Assembly: GCF_016432865.1 (NCBI RefSeq)
Contig: NC_067399.1
Span: 569,284,001 to 569,348,000 of the forward strand
DNA: 64,000 nucleotides
Source: Antechinus flavipes
Taxonomy: Eukaryota
Direction: 5' to 3'
Shown: one piece after another, positions 1-13,885 of the stretch
Layout of the letters: each line of letters starts with the position of its first letter
Numbering within the stretch: position 1 is the first letter of the stretch
Made by a program: the position numbers and the translations under genes
Notes under the pieces: model-generated
What the model was told of the DNA's origin: nothing
The model's database searches: none
The model's input: the letters and a program-made list of their open reading frames with translations, nothing else

Positions 1-1823
1 CTGCTCATATTGTAGATCCCCATTAACTCCTTTTTAGAATGAGTCTACCCGCCTTCTCTCCCCCCCGCCTCCCCACAAATACACACACACACTGGGGTTA
101 AAGTGATTCCTTAAGGATTTAGCTTGCTCCTAGCAGCATAAAAAAAAAAATCTTTGCCCCTTATTTTGGAAGATGTCTAAACCTATAAATTCTTTTGAGA
201 CAATTCGTAACACTGGTCTGTAACCCCAATATACTTTTGGGTAACAGCCTGTACCACATCATCTGGTGGCCAAACCTCAACATTTTGGTAGCATGATATG
301 GGGAAGAGTCCAACTGTACCCAGTAACTTCAACAACAGTGTTTTACAAAGACCATCTTCTAAAGGACTGAGAATTTATATAATCTGCTTAAAGGGAGGAT
401 CCTTTGAAGTATTATAATATCTTACAAGCAATGATTCTTACCTTCAGAAAGTTTAGTTCAATGTCTAGTTGAAGGAACAAGGCATACTTACTAGAAATAA
501 AAATGTGCCAGTCACTCAGCCAGTCTGTTGGAAATACAAGGAAATACAAATATAACAGTCCTGTCCTCAGTTTTCATTTATTCTGGGGAGAAATATGTAT
601 ATAAATACAAAAAAATTTGAGTAGGTAGAGCATCATATGTAAAAACAGGTAGACCAATAAGTAAACAGAAAAGAAAACTTGAGCATGGGAAGAGAGTGGG
701 GAAAGGTCTCCCTTAGAAGGGCATCAAAGGTAAAAAAGGAAGCAAAGTAGGAAAGTCAAGGCAAAATGAGTTGCTAGCAATAAATGCTATAGAAGTTGGG
801 TGAAGAAGAAATGGGTATGCTCCCATTGTTGAAAACTCCACAGAGATGAGGATTTGCAATTTGGATTTGGATTTGGAAAAATGAAAAAGGTATTTTAGGT
901 TTTGAAGAAGCACAATCACCGGAATGTTCAATGAGTGAGAACTTCACTCTATTCTGAGTTATGAGAGATTAAGTAGGTTGAGGCAAGACTGTGGTAGTCC
1001 TTGAAAGGTAGTCTCCAATCCAAACTTTATTTTGAAGGCAATGGGATAGCACTACAAAGAATGAATATGAAATTTCTCTTATGTGTAGGATGGGATGTTA
1101 GGGAATGGGGGGTGGGAATAAGCAGGAATTAGTCTCATAGCAGAATGCAGAATGGACTGGGAGTGAGACAAACTAAGACACAGAGAAGCTAGTTAGGAAA
1201 CTATTACAAGTTCCCTCACTCCGCTGTGGCTTCCTTTCCTCCCAGAACCTCTATTTTGGAGAATGAGCCCATGTGAACTAACCTTCATTCCTTTCCTAAC
1301 CCCGCTTTTGACTCTCTAGACTTTACCACCATGACCTCATACTCCCTCCAATTTCCTTATATATTGTCTTTCCTAATTAGAATGTAAGCTCCTTGAAGGA
1401 AGGAACTAAATTTTTTTTTGCTTATATTTGTATTCCCATAATTCAGCATATATTAAGTGCTTAATAAATGCTGGTTGACCATAATACCAGTGTGAGGTAA
1501 TAAGGCTCTCTACAAGATTAATGAGCAGTGAGAATGGAAAGAGATGAAAAAAACAAATATTTCTAAGTAGAAACAAAATACTTGGTATGAAGGGGATAAT
1601 AGAAAGGTACCAAAAAAGTCTGTTGTTCAATCACTTTCATCTCTTGAATATGTAATCCTATTTAGAGTTTTCTTGGCAAAGATATTAGTGATTTCCCTTT
1701 TATTCCTCTAGCTAATTTTACAGAAAAAGAAACCGAGGTAGAGAGTCTGAAGCCAGATTTGAATTCACAAAAATGATTGAGTCTTTCTGTCTTAAGGCCC
1801 AGCACCCTACCTAGATGCCCTAT

Positions 1824-2357
1824 TGTTGAGGTCTAGATTTGGGGTACCTAAATGAGATTAGGGTTTAGTTGACCTCTAGTGGCAGGTTTGGGGTACAGGG
1901 AGTCAAGCAAAGATCCCCTGCAACCCCTTTGGATTCGGCGCAAGGATACAGCGATAAATGAGGTCTAGTACTGGCGCTAGTCCCCAATAAAAGCATTTAT
2001 TAGCCTGAGAGCTAGATTGATAAAAGGGGTTTATTATTGGGTTTGGAAGTAAGGAGATAGGTGAAGATAGAAATAAGGAGAGCACCGGACAGAGGGTCCA
2101 GTGGACAGAGGGTCCTCACATGGCTAGCATGTTTGGAATCTCTGCAAAGAGGGGTTCCCAGCATGGCCCTTTTATAATAGGAGATTTAGCTTGAGGGGCT
2201 TTTGGGTATAGCCCCAAAGTTGGCTCAGATCCGGGTGGGGGCTGGGGCAGGTCCCGATCTTCTACTGGAATTCAAAGGGACCAGGATTTGTGAGTCAAAG
2301 GGTAATTACATTCACTAGGAGGGGATGGGAATCTAGAAACAAATCTTTCCCACATCA
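1824..2357 (-). mobile_element. Solo LTR (ERV1-like)
   Basis: TG...CA ends (minus strand TGATGTGGG...CTCAACA) with 4-bp TSD CTAT at 1820-1823 and 2358-2361. TATAAAA-like box near 2170 and AATAAA at 2030-2035, both on the minus strand. Confidence 0.8.
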
Positions 2358-4754
2358 CTATCAATGTTTTTAGAATTTTTATCATCTGTTATAACTATAC
2401 AAAAGTACCTTGAAAGTTCTTTGCTATCTGGTTTCAGTTAAATAATCATTTCACTAGTAATCAGGACTTTGACAGAAGTTTTTTACCTAAGGTTTAAGTT
2501 TAGTTAACGTAAGTTTACTGGGAATTAAGAAACACTTGGGGGGAAAGACAAAGAGGGCAGAAGGGAAAGAATCTATAACTTTTGGAATGGGATCAGAGGC
2601 TGGAAGATATTTATTCTGATGTCCCAATTTAATATCAGATGTCCCAATAAAGAAGCTGGGTACAAATCTTCAATTTTATTATATTTATAAAACATTTTAT
2701 TTTAATTTATAAATTATAATAATAATTAATTAAATTAATATAAATAATATTATTATATTTATTTATTCTTGGGAGCCTCGGTTTTGGAAAAGAGGAAATT
2801 GAATCAGATGACATCTAAAGATCTTTTCAGTCCTAATTCTATATGTTAACAGTACCCAATAAAGCAAATATCTCTGTTAACTTCAATTTGTCCTCTGAGG
2901 AAGACTAAATCTAAGGTTATTTCAGGGATAACCTGCTATATAGAAGCCTAAATTGTTTTTAGGTTTGAAGTTAAGGTGGAAGGAAGCCCACATTTTTTAT
3001 ACACAGGCAATGTGTAGATCTGTTATACATAATTATATCTACTTATTACTAGGGAGAGTTTTGGGGAGGGCTTAGGAAAAGTCAATGCAAAACGACAGTG
3101 ATTTTCTTTCAAAGAAAAATGTGGTAAGGTGAAAAGACCAAGTGTCATGAGTTGCACAATTCAAATATGGACAAAAATATTCTTCAATCATGGTCCTATG
3201 AGTCAAGTAAACTTACCTTCCCAGGAAGCTTAAGAATCAAAATGATAGCTCTGTTCCCCACACCCTCCCCTGGAGGGGAATAGAAGAGCATGCAAAGTTT
3301 TATACAAAACAGAAGTTCCTCTTAAATTAAGATTTATTACAAGACAAAAGGATGTGTTTGACTATACAGGTAAGAGAGTGTGCTGTTGAAATAACTCGGT
3401 TACAGGATCTGAGCAGGTCCAGTGAAAAGGCAATTGGGAGGGATAGAATTTGAATTTGGATATTACTATGGACAGTTTAGCTGTAAATTTATCATAAAAA
3501 AAAGAGATATACTAGTTATGGAGGATTATTTATTACCAGGAAGGAAAGGGACACACCCTATCCTGAAACTCAGGAAGGGCCTCTTTAAACTCATTAATAG
3601 GTTATTCTCAACCCAGGACTCAGCTGACACTCTGATACTCCTCACCATAGTCCTTGAACACCACCACTCCTCACTCTGATCCCTGCCACAAATACATAGC
3701 TCCTTTAATTCTACCTGATCCCTGATCTATTCTTATATATGGAAGTGCAATGATTTTATGATATAGAAGAGGTAGAAGCAACATTCAGCCCTGAACTCCC
3801 AAGTGAAGGTTAACCAAGGAAGACTTCACAAAAGACCACAAGAGAACTATAAACCTAAAACAAACCAAATATCATTTCACATTAGCATAAAGTAAGGCTC
3901 CCTGCCCCCAAAGTACTCCTTTAGCTAAGACCATTCCGAAAGCAGGGAGCTTATTAGATTTGTCATCTGTTGAGAAGTTGGGTGGTTGTAAATCCACTGT
4001 CAATCCAGGGATAAGCCATGAACAATGGATAAGCTGCTGTCATGTTTCTGACCATATACTTTTCATAAAACACAAAAAAACAGATCTTGGATTCTTGTCA
4101 AATAAGAAGATATTTTCTTGGAAGGAAAATGTTATTTACTATAAAAAGACATGGTTAGACAGAAGAATATTGGCCATACCTTAATCCAGCCAACAGGTGA
4201 TTCAGAAATCTGTGAAACTATGAAAATTAGTTTCCCCACCCTACCATTTCCTGATAGACTTCAGAGGAAAGCCAGCTTTCCTGAATCTGAATCTAAAGAG
4301 CCAATCCTTGGCACCTAGCAGAAAGGTATAATAACCACAAGAATTTTGTGGCACTGAGAATAATGAGCTTTAGACATTTGCCCCACCAGAATCTGGAGGG
4401 ACTAACTCAAACCACAACCACCACCCTTAAGAGATTCAGCATGCAGAAGAAAATGGGGCAGGAGATTTGAGAATGCTAGCTGACTTACTTAGGAAGGATA
4501 TGCATCCCTTATATGAATGTTGTACCTATAGGCAATGAAGACCTTCATGTGGATATGTGCACAGAGATTGTGATATAATGACACTGACTTTTTCCTAATC
4601 CCTCATCCATAAATTTGACCAAACAAAAAGAGATCACATCATAGGTCTTAATGCTTCTAAAAGGCTCAAATTTTGCTCAGATCCATGATCAGTCTGGCCT
4701 TGGACTTTTAAAGAGATTCAGTTCTGCTTGATCCATCTAATGCTCTTTCAGTCC

Positions 4755-4883
4755 TCAGACAAATTGAGAGAGGTTGGGAACTTTGATGTTGATATCCCCA
4801 ATATTGATGTTCCGAGGAATCTCAGGGAGATTAATGTTCTTCACTGCAGACACAGCTCGAGCAGGGGCTGCTGAAAGGCCACC
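4755..4883 (-). CDS. AP3S2: AP-3 complex subunit sigma-2, exon 6 (terminal coding exon)
   Basis: Minus strand reads ctcccactag|GGT GGC CTT... = GGLSAAPARAVSAVKNINLPEIPRNINIGDINIKVPNLSQFV then TGA. 129 bp, phase 0, matches the known AP3S2 C-terminus. Confidence 0.97.
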   Translation of the reverse strand, partial: GGLSAAPARAVSAVKNINLPEIPRNINIGDINIKVPNLSQFV

Positions 4884-6003
4884 CTAGTGGGAGAGAAGAG
4901 ATACAAACATGAGTCAAATGGATTATATCATCATAGGTTCTTGAGTGCCTGTTTAATGCCAAAAAAAAGAAGACAAACAAATGTTTTTGGTCAATGCTAA
5001 ACAAATTGCAGAGCTAAGGATTGATGATGAAACTGAGGCCAAAAGAGTCTAACTGAATTGGCTGAAATCACAGAAGTATTGAGTGGTAGTCAGAATTCAA
5101 ACTCCAATCTTTGATTTCAAATCCAAAACTCTTCCCATAGCACCATGGTACTTCCCACTTATGATTTTCTCTATCTCATCCTTCAAGTATAACAAGCAAT
5201 TCTTCATATAATAGTCTCAAAGCTCTGTTTAGGACAGTAAATTCTGCATTTTATTTGATTTGGTTTCTCCAGGCCTTAAGGCCAGACAGATATGTTATTA
5301 CATTAGGAGAAAGATTACATATTTTCTTCTAGGTCAGATATCTTAGCAACTAGACTTTCACAGAAAACTAAGTCACAGAAAAACCTTTTTTGGAAGGGAA
5401 ATGAAACTATTGCTTTATTTTCAGTCATTTGCCAACGAGATTGCAAGAAATGGGAAAGAGTTGGCTTTTGAAACTTCACGTGGTTATAATGTGAGAACCA
5501 ATGACACGCATGTGAAGTTGGAGAGCCCCAAAGTGCAATATAACTGGCAGGACTTGTAATGAAAAGCAGATGAAGACAGCTGGTGGCCAAACATTCACCA
5601 TCATCTACAATAGACATAGGAGAGGAGGAAAGCGGAGATCAGGAGGACAAGGAAAGAAGTTGTCAAAGATGTTTCCCAAGATCTCCTTTTTCTAACTATC
5701 CATTTCCTGTATATGAACATAGAGCCTATCCTCACTCAGCAAGTCTGATTTCCATCAGCTAGAAAATCCCTTGATCCTGATTTCATTTGCTATTTCTAGC
5801 ATCAGGCTAACTAATACTCCTAAAGAAACCACTGCCACTATGGTAGTAATCTAGAAAGACTTCCACATCATAAACTTCCAGGCTTTGTGGAAAAGGGAAT
5901 TTCTTGTAGCTCAGCCAAAATAGAGTAATTTAATTGTTTCAGGATACTAGGAAAATTTGAAAGGAAATTTATTATTTTAGTTTCAAACATTAACATTAAC
6001 CCA

Positions 6004-6140
6004 GGGGCAGCTAGATGCTACAGTGGATAGAGCAACAACCCTGAAGTCAGGAGGATATGAGTTCAAATCCAGTCCCAGACACTTAATATTTTTGTTATGT
6101 GACCCTGGGCAAGTCACTTAACTAACTCCAATTGCCTCAG
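6004..6140 (+). mobile_element. tRNA-derived core SINE (WSINE1-like)
   Basis: Starts ggggcagctag, with an A box and B box (gagttcaaatcc) and the core tgtgaccctgggcaagtcactta. Confidence 0.8.
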
Positions 6141-9100
6141 AGATAGTAGGGGAAAATCATTAACCCAAATCTAGTTTCTTCAAGAAATTTTGTATTTCTG
6201 AAAAAGAAGCAATCCTGATTTCTCAATGCCATTTAGCAAGTCAGCTGAAGCAATCAACCACCCAGGCAGGAGACAGTATGTACCAAACAGGTCAAACCAC
6301 TGCCCTAATCCTGACCACCTCTTCCTTTAGTCCCCAGTGGAAGCAATCCAAGACACTGCTCAACAGCTCCAGAAATAAAAAAATAGGTCCCTTCAAACCA
6401 CCAGTCCTGCTTCCAGTCTAATCTAATCCACAACCACTACTCAGGGGTGCGAGCCCAGTGGAAAAAATCCAACCATCCTAAAAGAAGCAATGCCAGCTAC
6501 TACTGAAGGTCAGATAAGTCCAAGTGTTTTCCAGATAATCTGTCCTGCTCCCTGTCCCTACTATGAAGATGTCAATGGTTTTCTGCCCTTTTGAGAGCTT
6601 TAGCTACTAATAACCCAGAAATGTTCTCCCCACCCAACTCCTGAGCACTATAAATTACCTCAAAATCAGAAAGAATTATGGTTTTTTCAGTGAATATGGC
6701 TCAAAAACTAAAGAGAGGCACTACCACCTGCCTTGTCACTGCACCCCAATGGGCACTGAACCTCTCATTGGATCTCTAGCTGAAGCCTACTACGTGTGTT
6801 GGGGCTTCTGGAGACCAGGAATTCCATTTCTTTTTCATTTTTGTCCTCAGCACTTAGGACAACAATTGTAGTTACCACTGAATAAATACTTGTCCATTCA
6901 TCCATGCATCTGTTTTAAGTCTAAGTTAACTCTAATTTCTGTTAAGAGACAGAAGATAGGCAAACCAGAAAATTTCACCAGCGTCTGAGAAGCTGATGGA
7001 GGACTCCTCCAGAAGCCCTGTGGCTTGGAATAGTGACACAAGGAACCAAAGCATGGATAAAACACCAATAGTCGGGGTTGGCGCTTTCCTTAAACATACC
7101 CATTGGCTTTCCCACCCATACTATAAGTATACAAAGCATGCTATTTCCAATTTCATTCCTATCCTTTTAGTGTGTAGGTTTGGCCATTGGCATAAGTAGC
7201 TTAAGAAGCAGCTAGATAACTCAATGGGCCTGGAGCAGGAAAACCTGAGTTCAAATCTGACCTCAAAAACTTAACCCAGTTTGTCTTAATCCAGTGGAGA
7301 AGGAAATAGCAAACTATTCCAGTATCTTTGCCAAGAAAACTTGTGTGCTATGAGTCCACATGATCATGAAGACACATGGATATGTATAAACAATTGAACA
7401 ACAAATAAGTAGCTTACTGAAGTTACTATATAGTGTTTTATGATTAAAGAGTGCTTTGTATACATTATACCCCATAAAGTCTTATAAAATCTTCATGAGG
7501 AACATAACATAAGCTATCCATTTCATAAATTAGGAGACTGAGGCTCAGGGAAGCTAAGTGACTTTGGAAATAAATCTTTCTCACAAAACTAGGACATTGC
7601 CCCAGATGTCTACATAAACTCATACAATGTATGGCTAATAAACAAAATTAACTAGCCACTTTAATGAAGGGGGCAAATTTGGGCCTTTCAGTGCTGAATA
7701 ACTGAGAATTAATGGGATAAGACAGATAAATGAAATTAAAAAGAACAGAACACATAAAAGAGGCAGAGTGACACTAGAAATTATAAACATGTTCATGCAA
7801 GGAAATCCAGGAATTAGAAAAGGAAATAATGTTAGCAAGAATGATACTTTAACAAGAAAAGGAGCTATACTATGATAGGATCACTTAGACAAGAGGAAAT
7901 AGACAAAGAGTTTGCAAAACAGATCATAAATCTGGCATGGACACAGGATATAACAGTAATGGAGGATTGCTGAAATCCACCTAACTGCTAGAACTCTGTT
8001 TCAAAAAACAAAGCATCTGAAAATTTTCTGTCTTGCTTTAGTGAGAATTTCATTCTTCAAAAAATAAGAATTGCTATTCTGGACCTGATTCTGAAAAATA
8101 TTAATGAACTGAGTGAACTAAGAACCTTGACAGGAAATTATCATTTCATATTAGAATTTATGGTAAAAAAAAAAAAAAAAAGAGGGAAGATGGGTCTGAC
8201 AAGTACCCTAGATATACTGTAAAGGTGACTTCAGAGAACAGGCTCCTAAGGCCAAAAATTCTACAGGGAAAGCCAAAGAGAGAGAAAATATTCTAAGAAT
8301 TAAATTCTGAAATTTATATAACATATAGTCTTAATAAGGAAGAAAAAGGAAATTATCTAAAGAGACTGACATGAATGAAGAGATAACTTAATATTATAGA
8401 TTACTAAAATACAGATGAATAGAAGCAAAAGCTAATAAATGAAAATGAATATAAAAGTAACCAATTAACAAGCATTTATTAAGCATTTCCTCTATTTCAG
8501 GCAGAGTACCAGGTGCTGGGGACCCATACACACACACACACACACACAGGATTATCTGAGCTCTCAAGGATTTTATATTCAATAAGAAAAAGAATAGCAA
8601 TGTTCTAAAAGAACCAGGGCATTAAAGCTTTTTCAAAATGAGCAGAGGGTAAGGTTGAAACTATTGATTTTTTTATTTATCTTGAGGCGTAATCTCCTCT
8701 CCCACTATTTATTTATTTGTGAGGCATTCACTTTTTTGAGTTCCATTCTCTTCCCCTAATCCTCCAACCCTCTGAAAAGGCAAGTAATGCAATACTTTAC
8801 AATTTACAAATTTACAAATCATGTAAAACACATTTCCATATTAGCTATGTGTTCTACATGTTGCCAAAGAAAAAAGAAAAAGCAATATAAATATGCTTTA
8901 ACCAGTTCCTCAGTTCTTTCTCTTGTAGTAGATGGCATTTTTCATCATGAGTCCTTTGTCATGGATCATTGTCTTGATCACAGTAGCTAAATATTTCACA
9001 GCTGATCATCCTAACATTATTGCTTTTATTATGTACAGTGTTCTCTTGGTTCTGCTCACTTGACTTTGCATTAGTTCATGTCTTCCCAGGTTTTTCTTAA

Positions 9101-11269
9101 AATCATCTCCTTCATCATTTCTTATAACACAATAGTATTTCACCACAATCATGTACCACAACTTGTTTAGTCATTTTTCAATTGATGAGCAAACCCTCAA
9201 TTTCTAATTCCTTGCCAATTTCTTTTCTTCTAATTTTGGCTGCATTAGTTTTGTTTGTGCAAAACCTTTTTAATTTCATGTAATCAAAATTATCCAGTTT
9301 ACTTCCCATGAGCCTCTCTATCTCTTATTTGGTCATAATTCTTTCTTTATCCAAAGATCTGACAAGTAAAACTTTTCATGTGCCCTAAATTGCTTATATC
9401 ATCCTGTAAGCCTAAATCATGTACTCATTTTAACAACATCTCATAATGTGAAATGTTGATCTGCCTTATTTCTTTCAGAATGCTTTCCAGCTTTCCTAGC
9501 AGTTTTTTGTCAAATAGTTTGAGTTCTTGCCACAAAAGCTTGATCTTTGGGTTTATCAAACACTGAATGAATATGCTCATTTATTTCTGTATATTGTGTG
9601 TCTAATCTATTCCACTGATCCACTATTCCATTTCTTAGAATCAAACTGTTTTGATTTATAAACTTTTTTATTTGCTTTATAATATAATTTGAAATCTGAT
9701 GGAGATAAATATTAATGATTACAGTTTTCTTTCTTTTTTTAAAGCTATGTTAAAAGGCAAGAGAAGGCAGCTAGGTAGCACAGCTAACATAGCGCTAGGC
9801 CTGGAGCCATGAAAATTCATCTTTCTGAATTCAAATATGGACCCAGACACGGACTAGCTATGTGACTCTGGGGAAATTACTTGACCCTGTTTTCCTTTAT
9901 GTCCTCAATTGACAAATGAGCAGAAAAAGAAACAGCAAACCACTCTGACAAAGAGTCAGACACAACTGAAAAATAACTGAACACAGAGAGAGAGAGAGAA
10001 GAAAAAAAAGTTTAAAAGGAAGATGGCTGCTGGGAAAATGGGGAGAATGAGATAATAGCTTCTACAGAGAAAGAAAAACTATTCGAATTTAATTTTGCTT
10101 TTATTTTTCTCTAGCAAGAAAAATGATCTTCAGACTAGGAAGAATCCCCTCAACAATGTTTAACTGAGAGTTATGATTTATCTAAGGAGAGTGTGGAAAA
10201 AAAAGAGTAAGCTCTGAGCTGCTTTCAATAAATAAAAGAACAAAAATTGTTCAACGACCTAGAGTTCCTGCCTAAATTCTCTCTTCAGATTCTTTGCCTG
10301 CCACTTTGCTACCCTGGAGAAATGTCAGCCTCCAGGCTTCCTCCTCACTTCCCATTTCACCCTCACCTCTCCAACCCCTTCACTTTCTAGGGCCCTTTTT
10401 TTGTGTTGTGCTCCCCCAATAGAATGGAAGCCTGTATTTAAATCTCCACACTTTGCCCAGAGCCTGGCATACATTACTATAAGGACTTACCAACTGCTCT
10501 ATCAATATTGAAAGGGGCCTCAGAGACCACCTACTTCAACCCCATTTTTTACATGGGAAGACCTAAGAGGGCAAGTGACTTGCCTATGAAGATACAGGTA
10601 GTGTCACAAAAAAGACATGAATCTACTACCTCTGAGTCAGGGCCAGAGTTATTCCCTCTGACATCTGTCTGCTCACATGCAACCATTACAAGACATGATA
10701 GCTGTGACTGCTGAGCTGTTTTCAGTGACCTTTGATATATCACGGAGAGCAGAAGAGGTGCTACAGAACTGAGAGGAGCAATTTAAAGTTAAATTTCCAA
10801 AGAAGAGAAAAAGACAGTCCTTCCAATGATAAGCCATGAGCCTGACTTCAATTCCTGGCAAAACTCTGTACCATGATATTAATTACTGTGATATCTTATG
10901 GTACAGATAAAAACTGGGTTCTTGAGAATTATACCAATAAGGCATAGCAAGAACTACCAGGCTGAAAAGACTTAGATTACAGTCCAGTCCCAGTGATGGA
11001 CTGCATTGATGTTACTTCTTAGTATCAAACTGTTTTGATTTATAAACTTTTTTATTTGCTTTATAATATGATCATCATCAACCCTGCTACATTTATAGAG
11101 ATAAATTAGCAATTTGGCTGCAAGGGGATTCATTTTTCAGCCAGAGAGACTCTTGAAAATGGTCTATTTAATTGGGAGAGGGGATTACAATCTGCATCTG
11201 TGAAAGTAGTACCCAAATCTGAAAAATCATATTGATAACATAATGATGTATCAAAAGGAAAATCTGCAA

Positions 11270-11612
11270 ATTTAAATAGGAAAGTGATGAATGGTAAGAG
11301 TCACTATGGTTTCACCAAGAACAGGCCATATAAAATTAACCTCATTTTCTTTTTCAACAAGGCTATTATGGGTTCATTAGGAAAATAATTTTAGCATAAT
11401 ATTTGATAGTCTCACATTTTTTCTGGACAAAACAGATGCAAGCTAGATAACAATTAAGTGTGTCTGATAGTAGCTGAATGACTGGATTCAAAGGATAGTT
11501 GAAAATGGACTGCTGCTAATGTGGATGGAGATCTCTGGTGGGGTACCACAATAATCTGTCCATGACTGTGCTGTGAAATACTTTTATTACTGATTTGAAT
11601 AGTTCATTAGGT

Positions 11613-11662
<50 letters not shown>

Positions 11663-12950
11663 ATACATAGCCCAGAAATAAAGTTTTGGGCTTACAAGGA
11701 TAATTTTCAAATTGGGAGTTTCTCACTAAAATTTCTATTTAATTTATGCATCTATCCAGGATTTCCCTGACATCAGAATTGGGCTGGTGGCTGGTTCTTT
11801 ACAGAAAAGGTATCTTGTCTTAATGGGTAAATATCCATGCAAGTACCCAGACTAACATTACACAATAGATTTCACTTGATTAAAAAATGCAAAGCACAAA
11901 GGACTGACCTCCAAATCTCTGCCTTTAGTCAAAGTAACTTTCTGTCTCTCCTCAGGATCTGTCCCAGGATTTAAATCCCCTTAAAAAGGAAAAACCTTGA
12001 GGACTGTTGGAAAGATGACACTTCTCCTTCCAATAACCTCCTCTGTCTTTGCAAATACCCAGAGGAGAAGAAAGAAGACTATAAGAAGATATATAAAAAA
12101 CAAGTCTTTTGGGGGTGACTATAGAAAGATATATAAAAAGAAGTCTTTTGTGTATACATATTTATGTACATATATGTGTGTATATATATGTATAAATTTA
12201 TATGTACATATATACGTATAAATTATATATATATAAATTTCATGGTTAGAAAAATAGTTTACATTTTAAAAAATCTTATATAATAGAGATAATACATAAA
12301 ATCCTAAACTTGGCTCAGAAACAACTTTACCAGTCTAAGATATGCAAAATGTGATGAAATGATTTCAATGAAAAAAATCTAAGGGTTCTGTTGAATTGTA
12401 AGCTCAATAGCAATACAAAACTAATGCAATTTTAGGTTGCTTTAAAAGAGGAATAATGGAGAAGAAGAGAGACAATAGTCCCATCTGAATCTATCAGACA
12501 ACCTTGGAAGTATCATGTTTAATTCTGTGTACCACATCTTAGGAAGGTCCCTGCAAACCCTGAACATCACCAGGAGGCAGAGAAGACTCCACACCATACT
12601 CTCAAAGGGTAAAGAAGAGGACATTTTAGGGGCACATGATTCTCTTCAAGCATATGAAGGGCTATCATGGAGAAGAGTTTGTACTTAAGCTCATAGCACA
12701 GAATTAAGCATGAGAGAAGGAAGCTGCAGAGACAGATTTGACAAAGGGGAGAAAAAAAGAACAATTCAAACCATTCCCAAATGGTATGCATCGCCTAAAG
12801 AAATAGGCCTACTAGCATGCTCCACAACTGGACATTTTTAAGCAGACACTGGATGACCACAATCAGGGCTGCGATGTAAAAGGAATTATTCAAGTACAGA
12901 TTGAACTGGACAGACTGTGAATTTCTTTTCAACTCTGAGATTCAATGATT
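11270..12950 (+). mobile_element. Fragmented L3/CR1 LINE (approx. 11270-11590 and 12310-12950)
   Basis: Degenerate CR1-type RT and 3' motifs (catggtttcaccaagaac..., ggggtaccaca, caaaactaatgcaattttaggttgc, ...ttcaactctgagattc). Confidence 0.6.
11621..11659. repeat. (TG)n microsatellite
   Basis: About 19 TG units, read directly. Confidence 0.95.
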
Positions 12951-13155
12951 TGAGTGAAACAAGACTTCTTCAATCCAGGGCACCTCCTTCTTCTGGCGCT
13001 TTTCCTACCATACCTTGCCCATCCGCATGGAAGAAGAAAAGGACAGTAGTAGGAAGGCAAAGTGAAATAACAAATCTACATATCCTTTCTGCTGGCTGTC
13101 CTCTAACAAAATTATATTCAACTCCATGGGAATGGAGTCCTAGGGATATACTCAC

Positions 13156-13263
13156 CTCTGATTTCTCCAATTTGTTTTGAGCTTCAATCTGAGCGACAAT
13201 TTCATTCATGTTTGTTTCCAGCACCATACCACCCATCACTACCTCTTGCAGGATATAATGTAC
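13156..13263 (-). CDS. AP3S2: AP3S2 exon 5
   Basis: ctcctttag|GTACAT...TCAGAG|gtgagt. Encodes VHYILQEVVMGGMVLETNMNEIVAQIEAQNKLEKSE; 108 bp. Confidence 0.97.
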
Positions 13264-13372
13264 CTAAAGGAGAGACAAAGATAAGAACAATTAGAGCTCC
13301 TGGGTCTGAGCTGAGCACCTCCAAAAAGAAAAAGGAGGGAGTTTCCTGCAAATTGAGAGTGAACAGATTAGT

Positions 13373-13885
13373 TGTGATCATCTTGTTGTTGTATACAACA
13401 TTCTCTTGGTTCTAGTTACTTCACTTAGCATCAGTTCACATAAGTCTCTCCAGGCCTTTCTGAAATCATCCTGCTGATAATTTCTTATAGAATAATAATA
13501 TTCCATACTACACCATCAAGGATGCCCTAGGCCTAATCCTATTACTCCTTGTACTCTTCCTTTTAGCCTTATTCTCACCAGACTTGCTCAGAGACCCAGA
13601 CAACTTTTCACCAGCCAACCCACTAAATACCCCTCCTCACATCAAACCAGAATGGTACTTCCTATTTGCATACGCAATCCTCCGATCAATTCCTAACAAA
13701 CTAGGCGGAGTCGTTGCCCTACTAGCCTCTATTCTAATCCTCCTAATTATCTTTCATTCATATACCATAACTTATTCACCCATTCTCCAACTGATGGACA
13801 TCCATTCATTTTCCAGTTCCTTGCCACTACAAAAAGCACTGCTACAAACATTTTTGCATATGTGGGTCCTTTTCTCTTTTTTATG
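13373..13885 (-). mobile_element. Older L1 fragment hosting the NUMT
   Basis: L1 ORF2-end sequence (...aataatattccata | cattcatataccataac...) is continuous across the NUMT when compared with the similar copies at 14330-14380 and 19340-19400. Confidence 0.8.
13503..13751 (+). pseudogene. NUMT: mitochondrial cytochrome b fragment
   Basis: Translates [29 protein letters not shown](R)[53 protein letters not shown], including the PEWY motif. It has AGA (a vertebrate mitochondrial stop) at the conserved Gly of LGDPDN. Confidence 0.95.

Noticed and set aside
12970-13155. Extension of AP3S2 exon 5 ORF (VSISLGLH...)
   Set aside because: It reads through the gtgagt donor into intron 5.
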